A stretch of DNA of 64,000 nt from Leucoraja ocellata (lineage: Eukaryota). The stretch's first letter is position 1, and each line of letters begins with the position of its first letter. The notes under the pieces were generated by a model. The model was not told the DNA's origin. It did not search any database and saw only the letters and a list, made by a program, of their open reading frames with translations. Positions 51,395-61,435 of the stretch are shown here, piece after piece. The position numbers and the translations under genes are program-made. The stretch is taken from positions 1 to 64,000 of the forward strand of contig JAWMAR010000388.1 of NCBI GenBank assembly GCA_036785375.1, read 5' to 3'.

Positions 51395-54300
51395 CTGAAC
51401 ATATCATCAGTGATATAACCTGGGGTCACTGGGAGTTTCAGGTCTTTCAACATCAGACACCCTCACCCAGGCGACCCAGCCGTGGTTGATCAGACCACGA
51501 CTTGTGTTCAGGTGGCATTCGCTCCTCCCCATGGACCTTCTCTCCTGATCCAGCCATCTCGAGGCCTTCTCCGCTGCCTCTGTAGTGTTCTTGATGGCCC
51601 TTCTCCTCGCCACTCGGTTGATGCCCAGTGCACTCAAGGCTCTGTAGAGCGATTGCCCTGCAAAACCTCTGCAGCCAACCTCGATGGGCATACACCTTGC
51701 CTTCCAGCCCTGCTTGCGGCAGTCTATGACCAGCTCTTCATACTTGGCCATCTTCCTCTCGTGGGCCTCCTCCAGATGGTCCTCCCACGGCACTGTCAGT
51801 TCCAACAAGACAATGTTTTTGGTCGCCTCTGAGACCAGGAGGATATCTGGCCTCAGGGTGGTCATGGCAATGTGCTGTGGGAACCTCAGCTGTTTCACCA
51901 GGTCTACAGAAATCTGCTAGTCCTGCACAGTCGCCAGGATTCCTGACGGATTCCTGGCTGCTGTGGTTCTTGGCAGCTGCACTCCGGCCTTCACGAAGGT
52001 GATCATCTGGGTGGTGGGGCGTTATCGTCTGCAGCTGCTGATTCCCATGCTGGTGGCTTCTGCAATGGGTTTGAGAACCTGGTCGTGACGCCATGTGTAC
52101 CGGCCCTGCCCAAGAGCCTTTGGGCAACAGCTCAGGATGTGTTCCAACGTCCCCTTGCCTGAGCATTGCGGGCAATCTGGAGATTCCGCTTTGCCCCAGA
52201 TGAAGAGGTTCGATGGGCTGGGCAGGACATCATACACTGCCTGGACCAGGAACTTGATGCGCTGTGGTTCAGCCTGCCAGAGCTCAGTCCATGTGATTTT
52301 TCGGTCCATGGCCTGCTCCCACCTTGTCCAGGCTCCCTGCTGCCTCAATCCAACTGCTCTGGTACACCTCTCCTCCTCCACCACTGCCCTCACATCCTCC
52401 TGGACCAGCCGGCGCCTCTCCTTCCTCTTGGCCTTGTCAAACTGGGGAGATGGGAAGATTCCCAGGCCAGCTCTTCCCCGAGTCACTGCTCCCACCAGGA
52501 CTCTGTGGCGTATCCGAGACTCCGCTTGCAGCACGGCTTCACCGGCTGTCCACTTCCTCCCAGTTTTCACCTCCACCCCTGCTTGAGCCACCTTGATGTC
52601 GCTGGAGTCCCTGTACAGCATCACCTCTCTGGCCCGAGTCACCTTGAACTCCTCCTCCAGGGACTTCAGGGGCAGCTGGAACTTGATGTTATTTCCGTAA
52701 AGGGCGATGCTGCTAAGGCTCCTGGGCAGTCACAGCCACCTTCTGAGAAAGCTGCTGACTTTCCTCTCCAATCTCTCTACGATGGATATTGGGACTTTGT
52801 AGACAAGCAGTGGCCAGAGTATCCTTGGCAGGAAACCATGCCGGTAAATCCATGCCTTGAACTTGCCAGGAAGCCCCGACCGGTCCACTGCTCTCAACCA
52901 ACTCTCCAGCTCCTGACAGGTTGCCTGGACAGATGCTGTATCCTTCAGGCTGTTGTTAAACACCTTGCCAAGACTCTTCACTGGCCTTTTTGAGACAGTT
53001 GGGATTGGTGTCCCTTCGATGCTGAAGCGGAACCTGTCCATGACTTTGCCCTTCTTCAGCACCAGTCACCTTGATATTCCTGGCTTAAACCTCATCCTTG
53101 CCCATCCAATCAGCTTCTCCAACCCCTGCAGGATCCACCTGCCTCCTGGCACTGACTCAGTGGTGACAGTCAGGTCGTCCATGAAGGCTCTGATTGGTGG
53201 TTGGCGCATTCCTGACTTGGTCCGAGGGCCCCGGCACTCTGGCTCAGCAGACTTGACCATCATGTTCATCGCCAAGGCAACAAGGATCACAGAGATGGTA
53301 CAGCCTGTGATGATCCCAACCTCCAGTCTGTGCCACTGATGTTACTGACCCTGATGAGACTCTCATGCTCAACTGGTTGTAATAGTCCAGGATGAGATCT
53401 GCCACTTGGCCCACGGGTCACATGATGCTTGGCCATGACTGTCTGGATCAGCTTGTGTGAGATGGAGCCGTAGGAGTTGGCCAGGGCAAGCCAGAGCACT
53501 GTCAGGTCTCCCTTGTTCTCCCTGGCTTCTCTGATGAGCTGGGTCACCACTCCCGTGTGCTCCAGACACCCCGGCACTCCAGACAAGCCTCCCTTTTGCA
53601 CTGAGCTGTCGATGTAGCCATTGCTGGAGAGGAAGTTGGTCAGCCACCTCGCCACTATGCTGAAGAAGATCTGGCCTTCAATGCTTAGCAAGGAGATGAT
53701 CCTGAACTGATCGATCTTCTTGGAATCTTCTTCCTTTGGGATCCAGACTCCAGATTCGGTGGGCGGCGCGACTCTCGTCAGCAGCGACCTCTGCAGTCCG
53801 TCTGTTTTTTTATTATTTTCTGTGTTGTTTAAATGTAGTTTTTAATTATTTTTTGTCGGGGTATGTGTGTGGGGGGCGGGGGGTTGGGGAAACTCTAAAT
53901 TCTTTCCCCTGCACGGGAGACCCAACCTTTTCTTTGTCGGGTCTCCATTGTCGTTGGGGCTGCTACGTGGAGCGGCCTCCAGCAGGAACGACCTGGGGCT
54001 CCAGTCGCGGAGCTGCGGACGACTCACCTTCATGGAGCTGGCTGAGTCCAGAGCGGGTGGAGCTGTGGTGGAGCGCTGCTGTGGCCCGACCCCCGGAGAT
54101 TCGGAAGCTCCTACCGCAGGTCTGTGGACAGAAATACCGGGAGCCCGCGGGTCCCTGGTTGGAGACCGCTTTTCGGGGCTTCCGCAACGGCGAATGCTCC
54201 CGCCCGAGTTGCGGGGTTGAAGATTACCTGGAGCGGGGCCTTACATCCCTGCCCCACGCGGCTTGGAATTGCCGCGGGACTTTGTGAGCGCCCACCAGGG

Positions 54301-55300
54301 CTTCAACACCAAGACCCGGTGCTTGGCCTTGCATCACCCGGCGTGGCTTTAATGGCTGCGGGACATTTAACATCGCCCGCTGGGGGCTTTGACTCTGTCT
54401 TTGACTCTGACATGGGGGGAGAGGGGAGTGCAGGGGAGAGATATGTTTTTTTTTGCCATCCTTCACAGCGAGGAGAAGATGCGCTGTGAAGGATGTTTGT
54501 GTAAATTGTGTTGTGTCTTGGGTCTTTTTCGTTTTGTATATATGACTGCAGAAACGACATTTCGTTTGGACCTTAACGGGATCCAAACGACAAATAAATT
54601 GTATTGTATTGTAGATGACTTTCAGGATCTTCCACAGCCGTTTCAGTAACAAGGAGCAGTTCTTGTAGACCCTGTAGGGGACTCTGCTCGGCCAGGGGCT
54701 GAGCCAGCTCTTGCTCTCTTCACAACGTCCTGGACCTCTTTCAGGAGTGGCTCCCTACTATCAAACTCCTTGATGGGTGGAGGTGGTTTTATCAGGATGT
54801 TGCACTGGCCCAGCTCCTGCTGCCTGACGGGGTCACTGTAGGTCGTCTGGATGTGCCGGTCGATCTCTTCCTTAGAGCAAGCCAAACTCCCACTGCGCTT
54901 CTGCCCGAGTAGTTGTTTGGTGAAGCCGAAGGGGTTCGCTATGAAGGATGCTCCTCGCTTCCTGGCTCTTTCCTTCCGGCGTCTTCGGTGCCACTCAGCT
55001 CTACGGAGGGTCATCAGCTTCTTCCTCAGGATAGTTCACAGCTCAGCCAAGGGGGGACGTTGCTCTTCACTGGCCTCTTTATTCTGTTTCTTGAGGGACT
55101 TCAGCTCCTGCTGGATCTTGTGGATCTTTGTTGCTCGTTGGTTCATGGTGAAAGGTGTTCTGGCCGGCTTCTTCTCCACTGCTCCAAACCTTTCCACAGC
55201 TAGGCTGATGATGATTGTCGTCATCGCCCACAGCCTTCCGTCCACGTCTCCCTTCACAGTTGCTTCTAGCACCTTGTCGACCTCCTCGTCAAACTGATGC
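51395..55300 (-). mobile_element. Hero-like non-LTR retrotransposon (RT plus CCHC plus PD-(D/E)xK restriction-like endonuclease), frameshifted; insertion at ~53751-54612
   Basis: QFRIISLLSIEG, SVQKGG.SGVPGCLEH, RAFMDD, CPQC...HILSCC...YTWRHDQVL, LRPDILLV...LLELTVPWE...RKMAKY in ORFs 53287..53691, 53066..53290, 52022..52642 and 51407..51898. Confidence 0.9.
53751..54612 (+). mobile_element. GC-rich non-coding retroposon with (TTGTA)n tail inserted in the Hero-like element
   Basis: Interrupts the Hero ORF between ...LWKILKVI and GVWIPKEED. Its 3' 150 nt match 34270-34445. Confidence 0.7.
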
Positions 55301-55324
55301 CAGACTAATCCTGAACTGCCGAAA

Positions 55325-56180
55325 GAATAAAACTGGGAAGGCGGCTTAACCGTGGCTGAGGAGGGAAGACAATGATTGGGTTAAATCCAAAGTAAAGGCA
55401 TATAAATTGGCCAGAAGAAGCGGCAAATCAGGCTATGCTAGTTAAATTTAAAATTCAGAGCTACTATGGTGGGATTTAAATTAATTTTGCTTGGGAGAAA
55501 TTTGGAACTCCAACAGAGGAGGACAAAGGGGTTAATTAAGGGGGGAAAGAGCACGGAAGAAAGCTTGCGGGAAATATAAAAACTGACCGTCAACGTTTAT
55601 TTAGGGATGTAAAAAGAAATAGATTAGCGAATGTAGGTCCCTTACAGTCAAAGACAGGTGAATTTATAATGGGGAAAAAAAGAAATCACAGAGCAGTTAA
55701 ATGAGTACTTTGATTCTGTCTTCACTAAGAAAGACACAAACAATCTCCCAGAAATACTAGGGGACTGAGAATCTAGTCGGAGGGAGCATCTGAAGGGAAT
55801 CCACATTAGTCAGAAAATGGTGTTAGGTAAACTGTTGGAACTGAAGGCAGATAAATCCCCAGGGCCTGATGGTCTGTGTCCTAGACTCCTCAAGAAGGTG
55901 ACCCTAGGATGTATTAGTGATCATTTTTCATTGTTCTCTCGACTCTGGATTAGTTCCTGTGGACTGGAGATTAGCCAATGAAACTCCACTTTTTAAGAAA
56001 GGAGGAGAGAGAATAAACGGGGAATTACAGACCAGTTAGCCTTACATCTGTAGTGGGGAAGATGCTGGAGTCGAATATTAAAGATGTTATAGCAGCGCAT
56101 GTGGAAAGCAGTGATGGGATCAGTCAAAGTCAGCATGGCGAAACCATGCTTTACTAATATTTTAGAATTTTTTGAGGATG
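55325..56180 (+). mobile_element. CR1 ORF2 internal fragment
   Basis: Homologous to 6410-6900 (KSPGPDG, NYRPVSLTSVVGK). Confidence 0.8.
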
Positions 56181-57029
56181 CATCATTTCGATTAAATTGT
56201 CAGGAGTATCGATTGTGATCATGTAAATCCCAGCTACTGTGTTTGGTTGGGATTAGCTTTCACGTTTACAGTGGGCATCAATGTGTCTTGGATTCTGTAT
56301 GGAATCTGTTTAGAGATGATCTGACACAGGGTTTTCAGGTAGTTCATATAGTGGGTATGATTGTTAGTCACACACCACACAGTTAGTGACCTGAGTAAAA
56401 ATGAGTAAAATACCGAATGGATGTTCATTATCTTCCAGTTTAGCGAAGGCCAGAGGTGTCCACATTGTTTCCCTTTGCACACTGAAGCCGTGATATTCTT
56501 TATGTTTGCATACAGTCTAGCAAAATCGCACAGCAGACCTCATCTAGGTAGTACACAAAGTGTCACCATGTTTCTGGCACCGAGAATGTTACAAAATGTC
56601 TATTGAACAGACATCGATGGCACGTCAGTCAAAAGTCAATTTCTTTGCACCGATAGAATCCGTCTTTGATTTAACCATTTAATCACAGCTAAGCATTATC
56701 GGTATATCAGCTGGAGTCACTCCGCGGGCAATGACACCTCTAGTAAATACATGGTTATCTTCATAAACCTTGTTCGTTCCAATTCTACAAGAGCAGAGGG
56801 ATGTACTACTAATATTCTGAGCAAAGCCCTCGCAACTGTTTTTCGGACAAATATTATAGGGGAGGGTAACCCTTGACGAGGCCCAATGACAAAGTTCACT
56901 TGACTCTCTCCCATGAAATGCACTGGGACAAATGCAGCATTGGTTGGATGTGGAGATGAGATCCCTCAATACATTATAAAACGCACGGAGCATGTATTTA
57001 GTGTGATGCTCCTGCTCATGTCCTAATCT

Positions 57030-57305
57030 GCACACTGCCACACAGTTGCATAGATCCAGGTTCGATCCGTACCTCGGGAGCTGTATGTGTGGAGGTTGCA
57101 ACCGTGTAGATTTTCTCTGGGGGCTCCGGTTTCCTACCACATCCCAAAGATATATACGGATCTGGATCACAGCAATGGGCTGTGTATTATTGCCTTTTAT
57201 ATGTTGGATGTGGATGAGAAAGTGGGATAACAATACACTAGTGTGAACGGCAGGTCGATGTTCGCCATGGACCCGTTAGGCACAAGGGCCTGTACCCATG
57301 TGGCA
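57030..57305 (+). mobile_element. V-SINE (HE1-like)
   Basis: B-box GGTTCGATCC at ~57059; core ctgtatgtgtggag...ctccggtttcctaccacatcccaaaga; CR1-like tail aagggcctgt. Confidence 0.7.
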
Positions 57306-57310
57306 TCTCA

Positions 57311-58610
57311 AAAATAGTAAGATTAAACGAGAACTTACCAGTTCGAAGTTTGATCTGTATTTTATGAGGAGTAACGTTGAGGGAATACATGAAGAACCCG
57401 CTAGTCCGCATGCGCATCATTCTTCAAAGCAGCGGTGTGAATCACAGATACCTGTAATGACTTAAACATAGTAAGATTAGGGAAAAAGATACCAGTCAAG
57501 TTCATGATCCAGGGTGGGAGCAGAGGGCATGTATTCCCTCAACGTTACTCCTCATAAAATACAGATCAAACTTCGAACTGGTGAGTTCTCGTTTAATCTT
57601 ACTATTTTACTTCGGAGTCACGTGAGGGACTCCATGAAGATTTCAAAGCTCTGTGATTCTTGCCGTGGACGAGTCCATGACACCGATCTGCCTTGGTATA
57701 AGGGAGAAATATATTCGACATCCATACGGTATGTAGATGCAACAAACAAATTTATTAACAAAAGAAATCATAAAACCCCGTATATTCATGGGGACAAATT
57801 ATATTACAGAACTTAAAATAGTTTTTGAAAAAGTTCCAGTTTCCTCCACTGGTTTATTATAAAATTTACAGAAAGTTCCTTCTGATGACTATCCTGCCGT
57901 CTTGAGGATCTGATCCAATGCAACATCCAACTTGTATGCTGCCGACGTAGCTGCAGCCCTGGTGGAGCAAGATTTAAAACAATTAGTATCTATACCTGCT
58001 TTAGTAATTACTTGTTTAATCCATTTGGAAATGGTCCCTGCGAACTGGTCATGTTATCCAGCCTCAATTTGTGTAGGGAGTGCGCCCTTTGTGCTGTGAC
58101 CAATGCCATCAACATGACCGTTTTTAAGGTCAAAGTCTGTAATGACAGGCTAGTGGCTGGAGTCCAGTTCCTTAGTAGATTCAGAATGATGCCAACGTCC
58201 CATATATGGGAATATCTGGCCTCAGGAGGGTTAGCATATAATATGCCCTTCATGAGCTTGATTACCAAAGGGTGTGACCCCACACACTGTCGTTCCATTT
58301 CTCTCCAGAGGTAGGTAGACTGGGCACTTCTGGCACAGTTGATGGTGCTGTACATAAGTCGTTCGTCATGGTGTAAATTTACCAGAAATTCCAATACCGG
58401 TTGAATGTTTGTAGGTCTGTGGATAATGTTGTTCTGGTTGCAATACCTGTGCCATTTTCTGATATATACTAGGTATTGATTTTTTGTTGACTGTCGTTGG
58501 GCTCCAGCGATCATGTTCATATCTCTTGTTGTTAAGCCCAGGTGTAATAAAGGAGCTGTCAGACTCTACAACCCAAAACGTTAATGTGACGATGACAAGG
58601 ATGACTTATC
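57311..58610 (-). mobile_element. DIRS1-like tyrosine-recombinase retrotransposon, 3' part (dead)
   Basis: ORF 58008..58520 (STKNQY..YIRKW...YSTINCARSA...HPLVIKLMKG...WDV...LTLKTVMLMALVTAQR). Downstream SCSTRAAATS...ILKTAG*SSEGTFCKFYNKP is a degenerate HxxR/W/Y. Terminal 81-bp inverted repeat 57311-57391 / 57528-57608. Confidence 0.9.
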
Positions 58611-58804
58611 CTAGAAAAGCTCCGATCGCCGGCCCGCGGCCTCTAACATCATGAAGCCCCGGTCTCCGGTAGGAGGCGGCCGATTCGAGACCTAGCCGCG
58701 GAGATCCCGAATCGGCTTGTGTTTAAGCAGGTTTGAAATAGTGTTTAAAATACATGATAAATGGTTAAATATTCACAACGTACACGGATTAATGGTGTTT
58801 AAAA

Positions 58805-59465
58805 TCTATATTACTAAATCTCTGATCTTGACCGCTTTTGGCCAACTGTGCTGCGATTTCTGAGAGAACACCGCCACCTACGGCCGTCATTTTTGGCCAT
58901 CTCGCTCAGAACCCCCCTCTGCCATATGAGTGCGGAGGATTTTTTCCATCGATGAAAAATTAGAGAGATATTAATGTTTTTACAAAATTCCCCATTGTCT
59001 CTGCTGCCCCCGTTGGCGTGGCGTGTCGTGCCTCATTCAGTCTCTGCCAGACCAGGAAGCGAGAGGGTCACAGCTCTCTGAGCTACGAATAACACTGAAC
59101 GCACATCTACTCCACGGTGAGTCCCCTCGATGCGACTTTAAAGTGGCTGCAAGTTTGTGTTCGCAAAATGAATTTTGGTTGTCGGGTGTCTGCAGCCCAA
59201 TTGTTTGCCTTGGCTTGGCTTTTAAAATCGTTGCAACAGTTGGATGGCTGTTCAAGCATCCATACGGCCCACAATGTCTATACTAGCCCTCTGGAAACCA
59301 GTGCCTTCGGCCCGCAACACCCATACTAGCGCAATAGACAGCCCTCCCCCCCCCCCCACCCCCCCACTGGCGAGCAGTATTGGAATTGGTGGAGAGGTGG
59401 AATATTGCGTTGGTGACCAGCCCTCCCGTGTGATGCTGGGACCCAACGGGTCCCACTTAGTCTAG
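58805..59465 (+). mobile_element. Non-autonomous Helitron
   Basis: 5' TCTATATTACTAAA; 3' hairpin TGGGACCC-AAC-GGGTCCCA (59437-59455) then CTAG (59462-59465). Inserted between A58804 and T59466 with no TSD. Confidence 0.85.
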
Positions 59466-60463
59466 TACATGATAAATGGTGTTGTAGGGAACAACGACAA
59501 GCCACGAGGAACACACATTAAAGCCTTAATTTCCTTCCCAATGTATGATGACCGTAACATATATCATTCTATTCTTATGATCCCGACAATGTATTATATT
59601 ATATAAGACATTTTTTGGTACATGAGCAAGTTATTAGAAAGTCTTCTTTTATAGATATAGACTTAGCACAATAATGAAGGTAGACAAAAATGCTCCAGCT
59701 CCATAAGAATTTCTCCAGCATTTTTGTCTACCTTCGATTTTCCAGCATCTGCAGTTCCTTCTTAAACAATAATAAGGGTATCAAGTTTTACACTGCTGTA
59801 CATTTTTGGTTTTGTTGTTGTCGTAAGGCAGGCATGGTATTGTAAGCTCTTCTACATTTAAGTTAAATCAAGTCAAATCAAGTCAAGAGAGTTTATTGTC
59901 ATGTGTCCCAGGTAGGACAATGAAATTCTTGCTTTGCTTCAGCACAACAGAACATAGGAGGCATGAATACAGAATTTATTCAGTAGGCATAAATTGAACT
60001 ACGAGGGGAAAAATGCATCTTTAATATACATGTCTCTCCCCACCCCTGAAAACAATTGCATTTAAGTGACATATCATCCATTCTGCAGTTATGTAGTTAT
60101 AATCAGATTTGTTCTTATGTTAATTATATATGATATTTTACTGTAATTTCAGATGTTGACAGTGGGTCCAGAATACTCGTTGATAAGATCTCCTACAGCG
60201 AACTATGGAGTACTTGTCAAAGAACTGCCGTCTTTGTTCTGAACACTCTGTATATCTCACACATAATACAATAAATTATGTAAATCTTACCATAAATGAC
60301 AGAAATAAAAAGTGTTATCCTTGTTTATGAATTTTGTTGTATAATGATTTAAAATTGAGTGGCTTGATGCAATATACTGCTAACCCACAAATGTTTAGTT
60401 ATGAGATATTCACATTTAAAACCTCACTCAGAGCTCGGGTGGCTGCCGGGCCCGGACAGTGGT

Positions 60464-60620
60464 ACTGCAGCTAGACCCGGGGCTCACAGGTGACCTGGGA
60501 ACTGCAGCTAGACCCGGGGCTCGCAGGTGACCTGGGAACCACAGCTAGACCCGGGGCTGGCAGGTGACCTGGGAACTGCAGCTAGACCCAGGGCTCGCAG
60601 GTGACCTGGGAACTGCAGCT
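60464..60620 (+). repeat. 37-bp GC-rich tandem repeat, ~4.2 copies
   Basis: Unit CTGCAGCTAGACCCGGGGCTC(A/G)CAGGTGACCTGGGAA starting at 60465, 60502, 60539, 60576 and 60613. Confidence 0.95.
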
Positions 60621-61279
60621 TGTCCTGGAGGGACCTGGCCCCTGCGCAAAAAAGGCTGCGGACCCCTGGACTAAACCAAACCCTCGATCCTGTCCCGCCA
60701 TCCTTTTTTCAAAATTTAGCAACTCAAATGGTGGTGCGTCTTCATTGCCGGGAAATAGGGTAACTCTTCCCTCAAATATATGTAAATTTCCCTCAAATAT
60801 ATGTTAAATTAAAAACTAAATTATGGTAGCAATGCACAGTTTTCATGTCTAATGCTCGCATTTCTGCATCAATGTAGGTATGTATACACTATATTTCTTT
60901 ACACTAATATAGAATGAAAAAATATCTTGGCATGTGTTCATTTATATTTTATTCACAATGATAGGATTTCAGAGAGAGGTTGAATGAAAGAAAAAAAAGT
61001 TCAACAAAATTAGATCACAAGAAAGAAACTCGAGAAACNNNNNNNNNNNNNNNNNNNNNNNNNNNNNNNNNNNNNNNNNNNNNNNNNNNNNNNNNNNNNN
61101 NNNNNNNNNNNNNNNNNNNNNNNNNNNNNNNNNNNNNNNNNNNNNNNNNNNNNNNNNNNNNNNNNNNNNNNNNNNNNNNNNNNNNNNNNNNNNNNNNNNN
61201 NNNNNNNNGATATGTATGTATATAAATATATAACACACACATACATATTTCTCGAGTTTCTTTATATATATATAAACAT

Positions 61280-61311
<32 letters not shown>

Positions 61312-61435
61312 ATGAATATATGTGTTTATATATATAAGAAACTAGAGAATTATGTATGTGTGTTATATAATTATATACATCAATATCACATTTATATATC
61401 TGCGTATCATGTATATAATATATGTGTTGATAATA

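Noticed and set aside
56180-57030. Unique-looking stretch as a possible host exon (ORF 56679..57233)
   Set aside because: The ORF begins inside a SINE and has no recognisable motif; no consistent splice pair.
60464-60620. CRISPR-like array
   Set aside because: Units are contiguous with no unique spacers, the context is eukaryotic, and there are no cas genes.
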